Below, one piece after another: positions 24,199 to 39,686 of a stretch of DNA of 64,000 bases; positions within the stretch are counted from its first letter, which is position 1, and each line of letters opens with the position of its first letter. A program made the translations under genes and the position numbers. The notes under the pieces were generated by a model. The model was not told where the DNA came from. It did not search any database and worked only from the letters and a program-made list of their open reading frames with translations. Source of the DNA: Pseudovirgaria hyperparasitica (taxonomy: Eukaryota); the NCBI GenBank assembly GCA_010093815.1, contig ML996572.1. The stretch is one strand, 5' to 3'.

Positions 24199-25505
24199 AT
24201 GACAACCTCCATCGCCGCCGGCGGCGGCAACTGGCGCACCATCAACATCGACGCCCTAGACCCAGACTCGCCCTACAACTTCGACGTATCCGCACTCGCA
24301 CCGTCCGTTGACCCCGTGAGCGCCGCGGACGTGACAAGCCTGGGCACACAGATACGGCAGTTGCTGCGCGGAGGAGACGCAGAGGGCGCGCTGAGGGGCG
24401 CATTGGAAAGTGTGCCGTACGGGGCCGACGCAAAGGGGAAGGTCAGTAAAGCCCTTCTCTTTGTTTTCCCCCCCCCCTTCAGCCACTATTGGATCTCGAA
24501 AACCTGCCATGTCGGTGCAGATGGAGGGGTGGTATGCTGGGGTGCGGCAAGCAACGAAAGAGTGGGCATCGTGGCGGAATCAGGGGGAATGAATCGGGGA
24601 AGATGTTCTGGAAGACTGGCGGCTTCGGGGGGACAGACATCAGGAGGTTCTGGACGGATATGGCACGAGAGAAGAGATTGGACTGTGTGCGACGCTTCTG
24701 GAAATATTGGATGTGTCTTCCACACACGCCCTGGCTCGCGGGTGCGTGTGCGTGTGCTCGACGTCCCAACGCTCGTCGTCCTGCTTTTCCAGAACATCTC
24801 GCACGCGCATGCGCCCTCCGTCGCGGTATCACGAGCTCCGCACGTCCAAATTGCACACTCGCACATCAAGCTAGCACACAAAGCCCACTTCGCTAACACA
24901 CGCATCGCGCAGGAAACCCACCTCGGCACCATCATCGAGATCCTACAGAGCATCCGCCAGGCCGAAATGAGTCCGATCCTGCAACGCATCTATGCCTCGG
25001 ACGGCGGCGTCGAGCTGCTGGATGTGTTGATGAAGTACATGTACGTGTCCGCTAGAATCCCTCCTTTTCCCTCTCTTCACCCGCTTCCTCCTTTTCCCTT
25101 CCCCTCTCCTCACCCCCTTACCACCAACCCTCGAGCAAAGCAAACACACTGACCTCCCACAACCAGCTACAAAGGCATGGCCCAACACACGTCCGTCGCC
25201 GCCAAGCCAGCCATCCAGCCCCAACCAACCGGCTTCTCCCAGATCAGCGGACGAAGCGGAGGCGAGGGAGGCGGACAAGCTATGAGTGTGTTGTTGAGTT
25301 GGCATGAAAAGGTAATTTTGCTACATATGACGCGCCCTTTACCCCCCGCCCGTCCCAGGGCTTTGGCTCAAATGCATCTTTTATCTTTTCTTCCAAAAAA
25401 AAAAAGTTCATGGGCTAACCTGGAGAATTAACAAAATCGCAGTTGGTAGAAATCGCTGGTACAGGAAGTATCGTGCGCGTCTTGACGGATCGACGGACTG
25501 TTTGA
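24199..25505 (+). CDS. ARC15: Arp2/3 complex subunit 5 (ARPC5); exons 24199-24441, 24913-25040, 25167-25311, 25443-25505
   Basis: [52 protein letters not shown]; three GT-AG introns restore the frame. Confidence 0.95.
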
Positions 25506-25976
25506 AAGTCCAGTGGTTTATAGGTTTTTTGGCGGGCGTCGTCGGGAAACGACTCCCCTGGACTGTTGTTACCAGCGTCTTGACCAGCAGTCGTCGCGAA
25601 CATGAATTAAAAGCAGTAGAAGACTCATTTGACACGGAGACTTCTGCATTCAGTAAGGTCATATACCTCAAAGTGTTCAAAATAAAGTGCACGCATAACC
25701 GCAGTGCACGCAAGACGATACACGAATCAGCAAAATCACAATGGTGTGAAACAAGTGATACTGTCATACCTACTTGCTTACAAACATCAATACATTGAGG
25801 GTATCAACCAATCCAGTGGAAAGAAACAACGCAATTAACGCACACGTGAGCATCACCCAACGCCGATTGTGCAGCACACGCGCGGATATTGTATCACAGC
25901 CGCCCAAATCCAATGATACAGTGAATTCCGAGAACTTTATTCCCTATGCAATGCCTCATTGATCCGATCTGACGTC

Positions 25977-26993
25977 TCAGAGAACATACTTTGTTCCGTT
26001 TAGTGTACTAGCGGTTGCAACGTTGTAAGGCTCAGCCTGACGATCCGATTGAACAACACTGTCAAGTGTTGCTGGAGGCCCGAAACTTGAGGTCTCAGAG
26101 GCGACCGTGTGTGCTGGCGCGGGCTCTTCGATGCCTGCGGGTATATAAGCGGAATCGGCAATTGTAGGTTCCGAGTTGGCCTTCTCACTGGTTCCAGGCT
26201 CGACATCTTCGTTCTTGCGGATGTGATCGGCGAGCGGACCATGAACGTCGTTGTGAGCGTAACATTTCCACATTACAACACAGCTGGATTACCAATTAGT
26301 TGAGAGATGGGATGGCAAGGGCCGAGAAATGCATACCTGACAACAATGAAGACCAGTCCCAGCCAGCTAAATACAACCCCAGCCACTGCCCTAGCATTCT
26401 TCTTGTAGGACAGTGGACTTGTCTTCCACACGCTGAGGACATTGCGCTGCTCGCCATCCGGTCCTACGAAAACAGCTTCACGAGTCGAGACAATCACGGT
26501 GGTCCAGAGCACAGCGGCGAGCTGAAACACAGCTGAGGCAATAGCACAATACTTCCATGCCAATTTGATGCCACGATCCTCGTGTCTCTCGGGCCAGAAC
26601 AGATCGAAGAAGAATGCAGCACCAAAGACAAACGCGACGAAGACGCCAGCGAAAATGTTGAATGCGAAAGCGCCGACAATATCGTTGTTCTTAATCGTCG
26701 TTCCAGGGTGGCCAGCGGAGGCATACGACTGTTCATCGAGGTAGTCTGCATATTCCGTCAGTCTCGTACTCGAGTGTTTGGGTTGGAGCCTGAGATTGAG
26801 GTAAGGGCTGGGTGGTAATACCGGACAGGACAGCAGTCCCAAGACTCTCACCGACGACGGAGAAGATCATGGCCAGTTGGTAGACGATGAACTTTGTGCG
26901 GCGAAGGTGGTACCGATTGTTCCACATGTACGAGCTCTTGAACTTGCCCCATTTGATCTCGTCCAGCGGCAGACCCCATATGACTGGTGCCAT
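25977..26993 (-). CDS. Fungal 4-TM membrane protein of unknown function; exons 26993-26822, 26745-26337, 26283-25977
   Basis: Spliced product MAPVIWGL...LRRTKFIVYQLAMIFSVVGESLGTAVLSDY...FGAAFFFDLFWPER... with four hydrophobic segments; two GT-AG introns keep the frame. Confidence 0.85.
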
Positions 26994-28583
26994 CTCGATC
27001 GATGAATGCAGTTGCTGAGTAGAGTATACAGGGATACGAATCGAATCGACGAGCACGAACGATGAAACAAGGCCGAGCCTCGAATTTGAAGAACTCGTGT
27101 GTCGTCAAGCTCCGACAAAAGGCTGGGTAAACAACAGAGAAGGCTAGCACAATAAAGTCCGACAGCGATAAAAAGATCCGACGATAGAGATACCGCACAG
27201 ACTATTTCCGAATAGTCGTAATAGCAGCGCCCTCTGATAGAGCAGCGAAGCCTGTTCGACGCAAAGGATATCTGTGGGAAACGAGATGGGATGTTGATGA
27301 TGAGGAGAGGAAGAAGAAAAGGAAGAAGAAAACCAAGCCTGCCTGCATGGGAGATTCGGATGCGTGTGACATGGGAAAGTGGACCAGGGGACTAGGATTG
27401 TCGTGTGAGAGTGAGAGAGAAGGCGCGTTTTGCATGATTAACTCCGTGTGAGTATCGAGATCTGCAGGCGCTGGTGATGGCACGAGCACGATTATGCACG
27501 TTTTTTTGATGCCGCTTACCCCGTCAGTCTCCCAATCACAGGCTCGCTTGTTGGCGGCTCTCTCAAACATTCGAATCTGGAGACCTAGCAAAGACATTCA
27601 TCATTGAACGTCGATTGCTAGTAGTAATACCTAAGAAGATCCCGGCACATCTGCGATCCGGCCGACCTAGCGATTCTTGCGGTCGTCCTGGGTTTCGAAC
27701 TCAGACGTCTTGATATTTTCTTTTTTAGCTAGAGACGCTTGATTTGGCGCCAAGACCGGAGAGATTGCTTGTCTAACTCTTGTTGTCAAGCCTCCATCGC
27801 TGTAGCTGGCCGCCACGTCGGTTCCGGCAAAGGCTGCCGGGAGGTGACGTAGCGGGCGCCAGGGCAGTCTGGGATGTCAAGGGAACGTCATCGTGCATAT
27901 TTGTGATGCTGGCCCATATCAACACTGTGCTATTCACTCCGATCACTCGAGACGCGTGGCATATGATACGTAAGGGTATACATCGCGTACTTGCTACCTG
28001 AGCTCGATAACTTTGCGAAGTACCAAGGTTCTTGTAGAGTTGCAAGGAGCGAAACAACTTTGTTTCGATATCTAGGTTTCAAGAAATCCTTGCAGCGATC
28101 GGCGCCTCTGTTGAGCAGGGATAGATACATGGTAGTAGCATGGCTGTAGCATATAGTTTCAGGGTTAAAGTTCGTACCCGAGCTTCCCTGGTGCTGAAAG
28201 ACAAAATGATCATATGTTTGCTATAATTGGGCTTTTGTTCCAATGTATTACTTGAGATGCATCGTACAGTATTATCCTATTCTCTCAAATAGTTATCGTT
28301 CCATCTTGATCTTTTGACAACATCGCAAGTATGTTTCATGCGTTCGTGTGTCACTTCGACTCCACTGTCTACAGATCTCCAATATTCATCCTCTCACATG
28401 AATAGCACGCTATCAGAGTAATACAATCATAGCAATTACATAAGTGTACATTCTACGCAGTAATCAGCACTAAGCTAGTTATTTACAGTATACGGTAAGT
28501 ACATACTTGTTTCAGAATGTGATCTATCATCATCTCACACCATATCACTATCATTTATGACCCCCTTTTGCGTACCATCGCCT

Positions 28584-28700
28584 CTAGTACAGCCACTGCG
28601 AATAATGCGCTTTCGCTGCTTTGCATACGTACCGGGTTGCGCGCACTATTTTACCTGACCAATCCTTCCCTCCACACTGCCCATAGCGTGCGACAGTCAG
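28584..28700 (-). pseudogene. Degenerate CBM1 (cellulose-binding module) relic
   Basis: VARYGQCGGKDWSGKIVRATRYVCKAAKAHYSQWLY matches the CBM1 pattern YGQCGGxxWxG..C..YSQCL but two of the four core Cys are lost; no catalytic domain upstream. Confidence 0.7.
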
Positions 28701-29026
28701 GAGTGAGATGATTGGCGACTTTGGTAGTGGTAAGCCGTTGGTGTATGTTGTATCATTAGGCGCAGGGAACCGGGCGCGTTGCATGAGAAGCATAGTGCCA
28801 ACCAAGATAACCATACAAGAGTCTGTCTGTGGTCATATAAAACACATAAGATTAGGCTGATCAGTATAGATTATCCAGAATGACCTTTGTCTATATAGAT
28901 GAGAATTCTTTCAAGAGCGCGCACGGCTTCCGGAACGACGATGCTGAATTACCAACATAACTTTCTGGTGTAGTAAAGGGAAGGGGTCTTTGTGTGTCGT
29001 GTGATCCATGGCGGCAATCAGGCTGA

Positions 29027-30352
<1,326 letters not shown>

Positions 30353-30496
30353 GATCTACGCGCGAGATCACGATGACGATGGGGCGAATCGAGATTGTTG
30401 CTGCATCTCCTGCGTGTGTGTGTGTGTGCTTCCGAGGACGCTAAGACTGCTCTTTCAGTCTGTATTTGATAGGATGTAATTGGTCTCCAGCTTGAT

Positions 30497-31537
30497 CTAC
30501 TTCTCACCCACAAGCACCCCATCTTTCATAAGCAATACGTTCTTCTTGCGATCCTCGACCTTCTGGAAGAAATCCACGCTCACTACTCCGTGCTCATTGC
30601 CCCCGCTCAAAACCACGCCATTCTCACTGATCCCAAACTTCACCCCTGCCGCCATCGCTTTCTCCAGATCCAGGTATACGAGCACCGTGCTACTCGTCCT
30701 CATTCCCGATACCACGACTGGTGCCGTGTCATCTGATTGACTGTCCTTTGCGCTCGTCCCATCGTCATGCAGCTCTGTGAATCCCTTTGGTAAGCCCGTC
30801 GCAAAGTGCACGTGGTTGCGCCCCATCGGCTTCAATCCACCGCTCGTCAGGATCTGCGTCCATGCACGGTGATCTGTGCCATGAACAACGAGACCGGGCA
30901 TGTTTTCAGGGGTGATGGGCGTGATTAGATCCTCCAGGTCAAACTTGATCGTGTGGCCCTGGGTTGCGCGGATAAGATAGTCGGCAGGGTCAGCATCAGG
31001 GGAGATTGCGGCGGCGAAGGCGGAAGGTTCCGTCGAAGCTTGGTCGGCTGAAGTGGAGGAAGAGGCGGGATCAAGGGGCTTCAGGGCGAATCGTTGTTTG
31101 TCGGAGGATGTTACTTGCGTTATGATTTCGGGGAGAGTGATTTTGAGGGGTTTGAGAGGTCGTGACGAGAGCTGCGAGGCATTAATATTTTTTTCTTTCT
31201 ACTCATTTGTATGGCCTAGAACATGATCATATTCAGGATTCTGCTAGTTCACATAGGGAGGCAAGAAGGGGAACCCGAGGACAATCATGCTCGCCGCCCT
31301 AGCTCTTATATGTCGGTGATATCATGCCCCACCAGAAGGATTCGCAAAATTTGCAAACACAAACAATCACACAGAGCATGTAGATAGACTTACAACCATG
31401 TCCAGCCTAATCCATCCACCCCCCAGAACCTCCAACTTCTCCTGATGCGCATTGTGCCGTAACAGCTTACTCAGCGCTCTAGAGATCTGTTCGTCACGAG
31501 ACTGCTCTCGGCCACCGCGACGGCCACCACGAGCCAT
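30497..31537 (-). CDS. TPT1: tRNA 2'-phosphotransferase; exons 31537-31394, 31171-30497
   Basis: SKLLRH, DKQRF, IRATQGH, HGT, RNHVHFA and SGMR motifs of Tpt1/KptA; intron 31172-31393. Confidence 0.93.
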
Positions 31538-32295
31538 ATCTGGAGAATACGAAATCCTCTTACTAGCGCTGTAATTTCTGATGACTTTCCTTGCAAGAGG
31601 CCAATTTTGCAAGTTCAGGTTGCGCCAAGAACGAAGCGGGGTGGCAGTAAGCCCGTGGATGTTCGACGAAGAGCGTAAAATCGGAATGAAATGCGAATGC
31701 AGGAGTCTGTTGCAGAAAATGCTGATTAGGCGTGTGGGAGATGTGGTTGTTCTGGTAGTGACGAGACGAAGTTCTGGACATGCGTCTAGCACGTTGTCTC
31801 GGTTCTTATCAAAGGTACCCAGAATGAATCACGTCGCGTGAGTCAGAAGATAGGCTTGGTAGATGTGAGTAAGAGACTGCTCTTGGTAGTATTCGACACG
31901 GCGGGACGGTATTGCAATGATATTGAATGGATGTCGTTGAAGTACGTCGTGTTGTGGACCACTGCGGTGTCTCAAAGCTTCCACCTAACAACGTTGAACC
32001 GAAGAGCACCCGCAGCTCTGATTGGCTGAGCGCAAGGTAACGGTATATGATTGATCATGATCTCAGGCTGCTCACCGACGAGTGATCTTTAGAGCAAAGG
32101 AAGCACTGAAGAGCAGAGGTACCAACTTCCATGGTCGCCTTATCACTTGTTCTTAGGTCATCTATCGTACATCATGCCCAGGACTCCAGCATTCAACAAA
32201 CGAATTGGGTATCAAAACCTTGCCCGACAGGAGTAGGATACCGCCAACAAAGTTCCCAAAGTCAAGCACATACCAGATGGGCTCGCCAAATTACG

Positions 32296-34146
32296 TCAAG
32301 CGCCCTCATCGTCTTTCTCGTCATCGTCGTCTTGTGTGCCGGGAATGGTCTGCATTTCGATAGAGCCTGATACATTGCCTTTCTTGTCCTTGGTAGTGAT
32401 CTCGTACTTTCCTTGGTTCCAAAGGTCCTTGATTGTGAGCTCACGGGTACGACCAAGCGACTCGATGGCACTGATCCGGTCTAGTGTCTCCTCTAGATAC
32501 TTGTCGAACCCAGGTTCGGCACAAATCTGGCGGAATGCCATCTGCATGGGAACAGAATCTGATGTCGTTAGAATGCGATGGTATGAGGCGGTATGGCTTG
32601 TTATACATACCTGCTCTTACGTTGGCTTTGGAATCTATCGTGAATAGATTTCGATGATCGTAGTCTTGGATGAAATCTGCTCGAGTCATGATCTGTCGCG
32701 CTTTAAACAAAGGTATTTCTGGCAGACGGTGCCCCTTTTGAGGGTCGTAAGCGGCGTCGCCCATCTCCTTTTCTTTGTCTACAAGAGCCTTCGCCAAGAC
32801 CATTGCGGCCGATGCATATTTCTGTTGGTCCATGACATCGTCGTCCATCTCCTCACCCAGTATCCAGCACTGATTGAGGAACCATGTTTTCTCCGCCTCA
32901 CAAATCTTCTCGGCCATGTCCACCATATCGTCTCGCTTGGCAATACGGTTTAGATATGTCAGGCGGCCACCTACCAAGTCGTAGACGCGTTCGAGAAGCT
33001 CTTCCGGAGGATCCTGGCCACGATAGCGGACACGGTAACTTCTCAGAGCTTGAAGAGCCTGGTCCTTTGGCAGATCCTTGATAGGATGGATCTCCATGCG
33101 GGTAGCATTCTGCTTTAGCCGCTCGTAGACCCAGTAGTCGTCGCTGTTGAAGACGACAGTTGCCAGACTCGCCGCAGCCCATTGCTCTGCACGCTGTTGG
33201 ATCAATTCAAGAAGATCCTTGCCGTCTTCGTCGTCGCGTAATAGATGTGCACTGTTGATGATCAGCACCAAAGGATTTTTGCCCGACTTGCGACGTTTCA
33301 GGGCCACTTTTTCTAGCTTGTTAAAGGCGCGTTCGATATCCAGCAGTGCCGAGGCATCGCGGGGTCCACGTATGGAGAAGAGAGATCCGATGTTGTCTTC
33401 ATGGTATTCAAAGTCGAGGGCCTTGCCCAGCCGGACCCGGAAGATCTCAAGATCTGCATGAGCGTCGAACATCGCGACGCCTTCGCCGTCAATCTTGCGC
33501 ATAGCTTCTATGAGTGCAGACGACTTTCCTGTGCCTTTCTCACCAATGAGAAGATGATACTGGCCATGCGTTCTACCCGAGACGATGTCGTCGATCTTGG
33601 TTTGCTCTGTTCTAGGAATCCAGTGTTCGACAGTCTCAACCTCGCTTTGAACGCCGCCATTGAATTGCTTACTGCGAGCCGCAAGATCCAGCACGGGATC
33701 ACCAGGCTCGAACGCATTCTCCATCTTGCTGAGAACATGTGACTTGTAGTACCGTGTGTATGAAAAGCCCACCAGACTATGGCATGATCAGTGAACCTGG
33801 TGATAATTTTGGAATACAAGATCACGTGTAGGCATACGCACCCTAAGATCAAGATACTGGCAGCAGTTGTAGCTGCGGATTCAAACATCTTGAATGATGT
33901 TCCACGCCAGTCATGCCCGCGACCGTGGTCACCTGCTGTGGCTTGCTCGACGGCATCGTCAACAGGCTGAGTCTGTGGTGCTGGACTAGGAGGTCCCGAC
34001 TGGCCGGTCAAAGAGCGCGTATGTTGTTGTGAGGTGAAAGTTGCGGACACTGGTCTTGATAGTTGATATGATGGGCGACAGGATTGAGCTTTCGTTCTAC
34101 GACCAGCGCAAGAAGTCAATTGACGACGCACGCCATGCGCGAACAT
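32296..34146 (-). CDS. P-loop ATPase-domain protein, probably mitochondrial membrane-anchored; exons 34146-33842, 33776-32611, 32558-32296
   Basis: Arg/Ser-rich presequence-like N-terminus, one TM segment, Walker A GEKGTGKS; two GT-AG introns join the three ORF-track pieces in frame. Confidence 0.85.
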
Positions 34147-35040
34147 CTCCCGCGCTCGCGCTGGACGATGGACGGTTCGTACACTCGCAAAGATAGGACT
34201 CGAAATACGAATATGTGAGGGTGAGGATATATGGTCGCGTGACGCGTGATAAGGTGGTTGGTACTCGCTACTCGCGTGTGGACTGGCGCGTCAAGCTCCA
34301 GGGTGGCAGAACGGAACTGGGAGCTGTCAAACTCGACGGTAATGTTTGCGCATGAACACGGACCGTAACTTAAAGCGACCAATGATGGGAAATCTGATGA
34401 GATAGAATGGATCGTGACGAGGTTCTAGGGAAGAAGTCCTTGTAGAAGCGTGAAGACAGCTAATTACGCCGCAACGGCTCGTGCCTTTCGGGGGGCAATG
34501 TCATGGGCATGCTGGCTACAGTCCTCTCATTCTGTGCCTATGTTGCCAAGAATGCCGGACAGCAATCGACATGATTCCTTTGTGGCGTATTAATAGGTGA
34601 TACACGACGACGAGAAAGACGTTTGTAGTTGAAACAAAGGGACGACAGCACATAAGGCTGAGCGGGTCATCATGCATAGCCAGTCCATCTGATGATAGAA
34701 TCCCCCAAGAATCCCCCAATCCGTATCCCCGTTTCAAGCCGCCCATGTTCATGCGGGCGCCGCCGCCAACAGAGCGACTTCTGGCAAAACGAAGCTACTG
34801 CAGCCGCTTGCGCTCGGACCTACTCATCCATGACACCGGACTGAGAGAGCTCGAAAAGTTTTTGCCCGCTTCCATCAAGCTATTCATTCCGTGACAGTCT
34901 TCTCAATTGCACCCTCTTAATTGATGATTTGTATACTACTACTATCTATTATTTCTTAGTTTGAGACCTTTTACTTCCCCCCTGGCTGCATTTGGTCGTA
35001 ATTCGCTGCCTGCATCCTACCTGACACAGCTATCCTCACC

Positions 35041-38000
35041 ATGGCTGCTATCGACACTAATGACGCTTCGACATCTCGTATGCCTCCCATCTATCCAACC
35101 GCGGATGACTCCTTTGACAACGGATGTCTTCTTCGTTTGAAACATGCTAACGATGTGTTATACTAGAGACCGTCCCAGCATCCGACGGTGATAGCAAACA
35201 GAATGGCGAGCGGGCCGATGGAGACCAGAATGGCGACAATGCCCAGAATGGCGCACAAGAAGAGAGTCAGTCAATGACTATTACGTCAATAGTCCATCTC
35301 CAAACTGACTGGTATATCAGACTACTTCGAGGTCACCATTCACCTGCCGCATAAGCCAACCAAAATACAAATTATGGTGCGTGTCCACTCTGTCCCTGAG
35401 CACGCTTGGTCTAATGCAAAATAGCTTTCCACCTCCGAACAGGTACAAGATTTGAGACAGACCATCATCGAACAGCCGAATACTCTGCAATACTCTTGCT
35501 TCCACTTGGAGCATAATGGTACACGAATCAACGATTTCGTCGAGCTGTCCGAGGTCTCGGGACTGAAGACCGATCCGAACCTCAAACTCGTCGAGGATCC
35601 ATATACCGAGAAAGAGGCGCGTTTTCACGTCATCAGGATACGAGAGCTTATCGGTGCTGCCGGAGATCGTATTGATTCTATACATGGAGTCATGTCTGGA
35701 CTTTCTGTTCATGACGACATCGCTCAGAACGAAGTCCTGACGCCAGTGACCAATGGCTCAGCGGATGGGGCAAAGCTTCCCAATATCTCGGCGTACGACT
35801 TCAATGCTCCGGCATCGTTGAAGACCATTATACCATCACCACGTTCACCGCCGCCCAAGACTGTCAAGAACGTGTCCGTCTCACCCTGGAACCCTCCTCC
35901 GTACCACCTCCGCTCCAAAGGACACCTCCTATATTTACAGGTTACAAATAACGAGGGTGAACAACATCAAATTACCGCACATGTTGGAGGATTCTTCGTG
36001 AACAAATCCTCAAGCAACAAGTTTGATCCATCTCCCAGGGCCGCCCCCAAGGACTTCTCGGCGCACTCGCTCTTGACGTTGCTGTCAAAGATTTCACCAT
36101 CGTTTGACACCTCCTTTACATCGCTTCAAGAACATAATAGTGAACGTGAGATGCTTTCTTACCTACCATTGCCAAATGCCATGCCCGCCAACCCATGGCT
36201 CGTGCCTGCACCCACTGCTGAGGCTCTTGCGCACTCGGCAGACATTACGCGAACACAGGAAACCTATCTCATCGCAGGCGTTGATAATACTGACTCTCTA
36301 AGAGACTGGAATGAAGAGTTTCAGTCCACGAGAGAAATGCCAAAAGATACTGTGCAAGACCGTGTGTTCAGGGAACGTCTGACATCAAAACTCTTTGCCG
36401 ATTACAACGAGGCTGCCACCCGAGGCGCACTGTTGGTAGCGCGTGGGGAAGTTCAGCCCTTGAATCCTACAGAAGCCAAGGATGCGCAGATCTTTGTATA
36501 CAACAACATCTTCTTTTCTTTCGGTGCTGATGGTGTCGGAACCTTTACAACCGACGGTGGCGACGAGGCTGCACGTGTCGCTACTGGAAAAGACGTAGCT
36601 GGTGTCCGTGCAGTCAACAATCTCGATATCGACGGCCTATTTACGCCTGGTACAGTGATAGTGGACTACATGGGAAAACGAATTGTATGTCAGAGCATTG
36701 TTCCTGGTATATTCAAGCAGCGAGAGCCGGGAGAGCATCAAATCGATTACGGTGGTGTTGAAGGAAAGGACATTGTCGCAGTGCACGAGTCGTTTGTGCC
36801 ACTATTTGAAAAAGTCTCAAAGGCATTAAAGGTCAAGAAGCACCCTGTCTGGGACAAAGAATTAGTGCGACACGAACTGGAGGGCAGTGTTGAGACCAAG
36901 GGTCTCATTGGAACAGATGCCAGAAAATACGCCCTCGATTTGTATCGCATAACGCCTATCGACGTTGACTGGATTGAGCAACACTGGAGTGAAAGATCAA
37001 AAGAAGGCGAAATCCAAGATCAGGAAAAGGACTACCCCCATCGTATGGCTGTCTTGCGTCCAGAGCTAGTCGAATCCTACGGTCGCGTCAAGCTGTCTAA
37101 ATTCGTGGAGAAGAAGAGAGACGAACTGAGGAACAAGCCTACCGAAAAAGAGACTGCCCCAGAATCTGAAACCGCAACCGAAACTGAAGGCGGTCAAGTG
37201 GAGAAAAAAGACAAGCCCGAGGAAAAACTCCAGGAGCGTATCGATATCAGCGACTTTCAGTTTGCATTGAACCCAGACGTGTTTTGTGGCCAGGCACCTC
37301 AGTCTGAAGAGGATAAAGCAGAATGGGCACTCGACGAAGCTGAGGTCAGGTCTGCTTGTAACCATCTTCTGAATGAAGTCATCCCGGGCTTGATCAAAGA
37401 ACTCCAAGATGGCGAAGTCGGCTTTCCCATGGATGGACAGTCGTTGAGTGCGCTGTTGCACAAGCGTGGTATCAACATCCGCTATCTTGGTAAGCTGGCG
37501 TCGTCGGCAGACAAGGAAGATTCCCGTCTTCAGGCCTTGAAGCTGCTTGTAGTACAAGAGATGATTGCTCGTGGCTTCAAGCATGTCGCCAACCGGCTGC
37601 TGCGTAATGTTGCTTCGCCGTGCGCCACAGCGTGCCTTGCACACCTACTGAACTGCGCAATTGGAACAGGTCTCAATGCGAACCCACACGCCGAGACTGA
37701 TCCCTCCCTCAAATCTATTTATTCTGACGCTGACTTCAGTTACGAAGCTTATACGCCAGAAAGACTTCAAACTGAAATTATCAAAGAGATTTCCACTCGA
37801 TTCCGCTACAATCTCGGTGACTCTTGGATAGATTCGGGCAAACATCTTCAAGTGCTTCGTGAAATAGCTCTCAAGATGGGTTTGCAGTTGGAAGCCAAAG
37901 ACTATGCTTTCGCCCCTGTTGCCAAAACTGCTTCGCCAGAGCTTACCAACGGTCACACCAACGGTACAAGCAAGAAGAAGAAGAAGGGCGGTGATACTTC

Positions 38001-39045
38001 ATCCCCAACCCGCGCTTCGGCTCAGGTTGGCCCGGCTCAGACTTTCCGACCCGATGACATTCTAAATGTGGTTCCCGTAATCAAGGAAGCATCACCCAAG
38101 AGCGTCTTGGCTGAGGAGGCTCTGGAAGCCGGTCGTGTGTCGCTAGCCTCCGATCAGAAGGAGCTTGGACGAGAGCTCTTGCTCGAATCCCTATCACTTC
38201 ACGAGACAATCTATGGTCCTCTCCACCCTGAAGTTGCGAGATTGTACCACCAGTTGTCTAATCTTTTGTACACATTAGACGAGAAGGCGCCTGCCGTCGA
38301 ACTTGCACACAAGGCAGTGGTTGTTTCGGAGCGCACCTTAGGTGTTGACCACGCCGAGACTGTTCTGAACTACCTGAATCTAGGCTTGTTCGAACATTGG
38401 AGCGGAAACACCAAAGCTGCTCTGACATATGTGCTTCATGCGCTCAATTTATGGAAGATCATCTACGGTCCAAAGCATCCTGACTCTGTAACCACCATCA
38501 ATAACGCTGCAGTTATGCTTCAAACATCCAAGATGTATCATGAGTCACGACTTTGGTTCGAGGAGTCGCTCGCCATCTGCGAAGAGGTATCAGGCAAGCA
38601 GTCGATCAATGCAGCGACTCTACTGTTCCAGCTGTCGCAAGCCCTTGCTCTCGACAAGGACATGCACCAAGCAGTCAACAAGATGCGTGATTCATACAAC
38701 ATCTTCAACAACGTACTGGGTGCCGAAGATCGTAACACAAAAGAGGCCGAGTCATGGCTTAGCCAGCTTACGTCGAATGCCGTTGCGCATGCCAAACATG
38801 CGAAAGACTTGCAGGAGAGAAAGATCAGACGCGTCCATATCGGCGGCGCCATGCGGCCTCAGCCTCAAGTCGGACAGACATCTGACGCCGCGTCCAATAT
38901 CGCGACCCCCGGTCGGACGACTGGGAACCTCGATCAGCGTAGCATCGAGGAGCTTCTCAAATATATCGAGGGCGACAGTCCCAAGAAGACGCCGAAGAAG
39001 CGGGCTGCCAACCCAAAGCGACGCGCGCAGCAATCCACCGCATAG
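35041..39045 (+). CDS. CLU1: Clustered mitochondria protein Clu1/Tif31; exons 35041-35077, 35167-35265, 35321-35376, 35425-39045
   Basis: SPWNPPP, RDWNEEFQ, QSIVPGIF, LHKRGINIRYLG and a TPR-like C-terminus; three short 5' introns give an in-frame start. Confidence 0.96.
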
Positions 39046-39686
39046 TCACTTGCAAACTCAACGGCCGAACCATTCTTATTCTTCCTGTATAATACTACGC
39101 ATCTTGTTTCGCATCACCCGTACATACACCTCGTCTCCAATCCTCAGCTGCGTTGTGGCGCTGTCACGCTCCATAGTGTAATTGGGCGCTTGTCCGTAAG
39201 CGTGCCCTTCCTCGTCTTGCCGACTCTTCGATATTGTCACATCTGGTCTCGTCGGTGCCAAAAAATTCTTTACATTGTTAGCGGATACGTGGAATATGTC
39301 TGAGTAGCTTGTACTTCTACCATCGATGGCAAACGTGTTGTGGAATAGATGGAAATGATTGAATCTCTACTACCTTGTATGTTACTCGTCTACGTCATTT
39401 CGTGATAGAACCTTGGGACCTTCGCCCGGAAGGAGAGCGCCGGAATCTCTCGCATCGCGCGTAAGGGTCCTGATTTCTATTTTCACTTTTGGGTATTAAT
39501 ACTACTCTTCCGTCCTCTCCCACTCTCGTTCAACTATCTTTCCACCACTTCGTTGCTGCGTACTCGTAAGCAACTACAATTACACCAATACACGACTCTG
39601 GGCAAGTACTAAACAAGATAGAGACCTCCCGACGAATTCATCACCATAATAACACAACAATTTCAAAACCACAACAACACGCCAAA

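Noticed and set aside
27684..27707. GGGTTTCGAACTC hairpin resembling a tRNA T-arm
   Set aside because: Loop does not fit the TTCRANY register; no D-arm, anticodon arm or acceptor stem found
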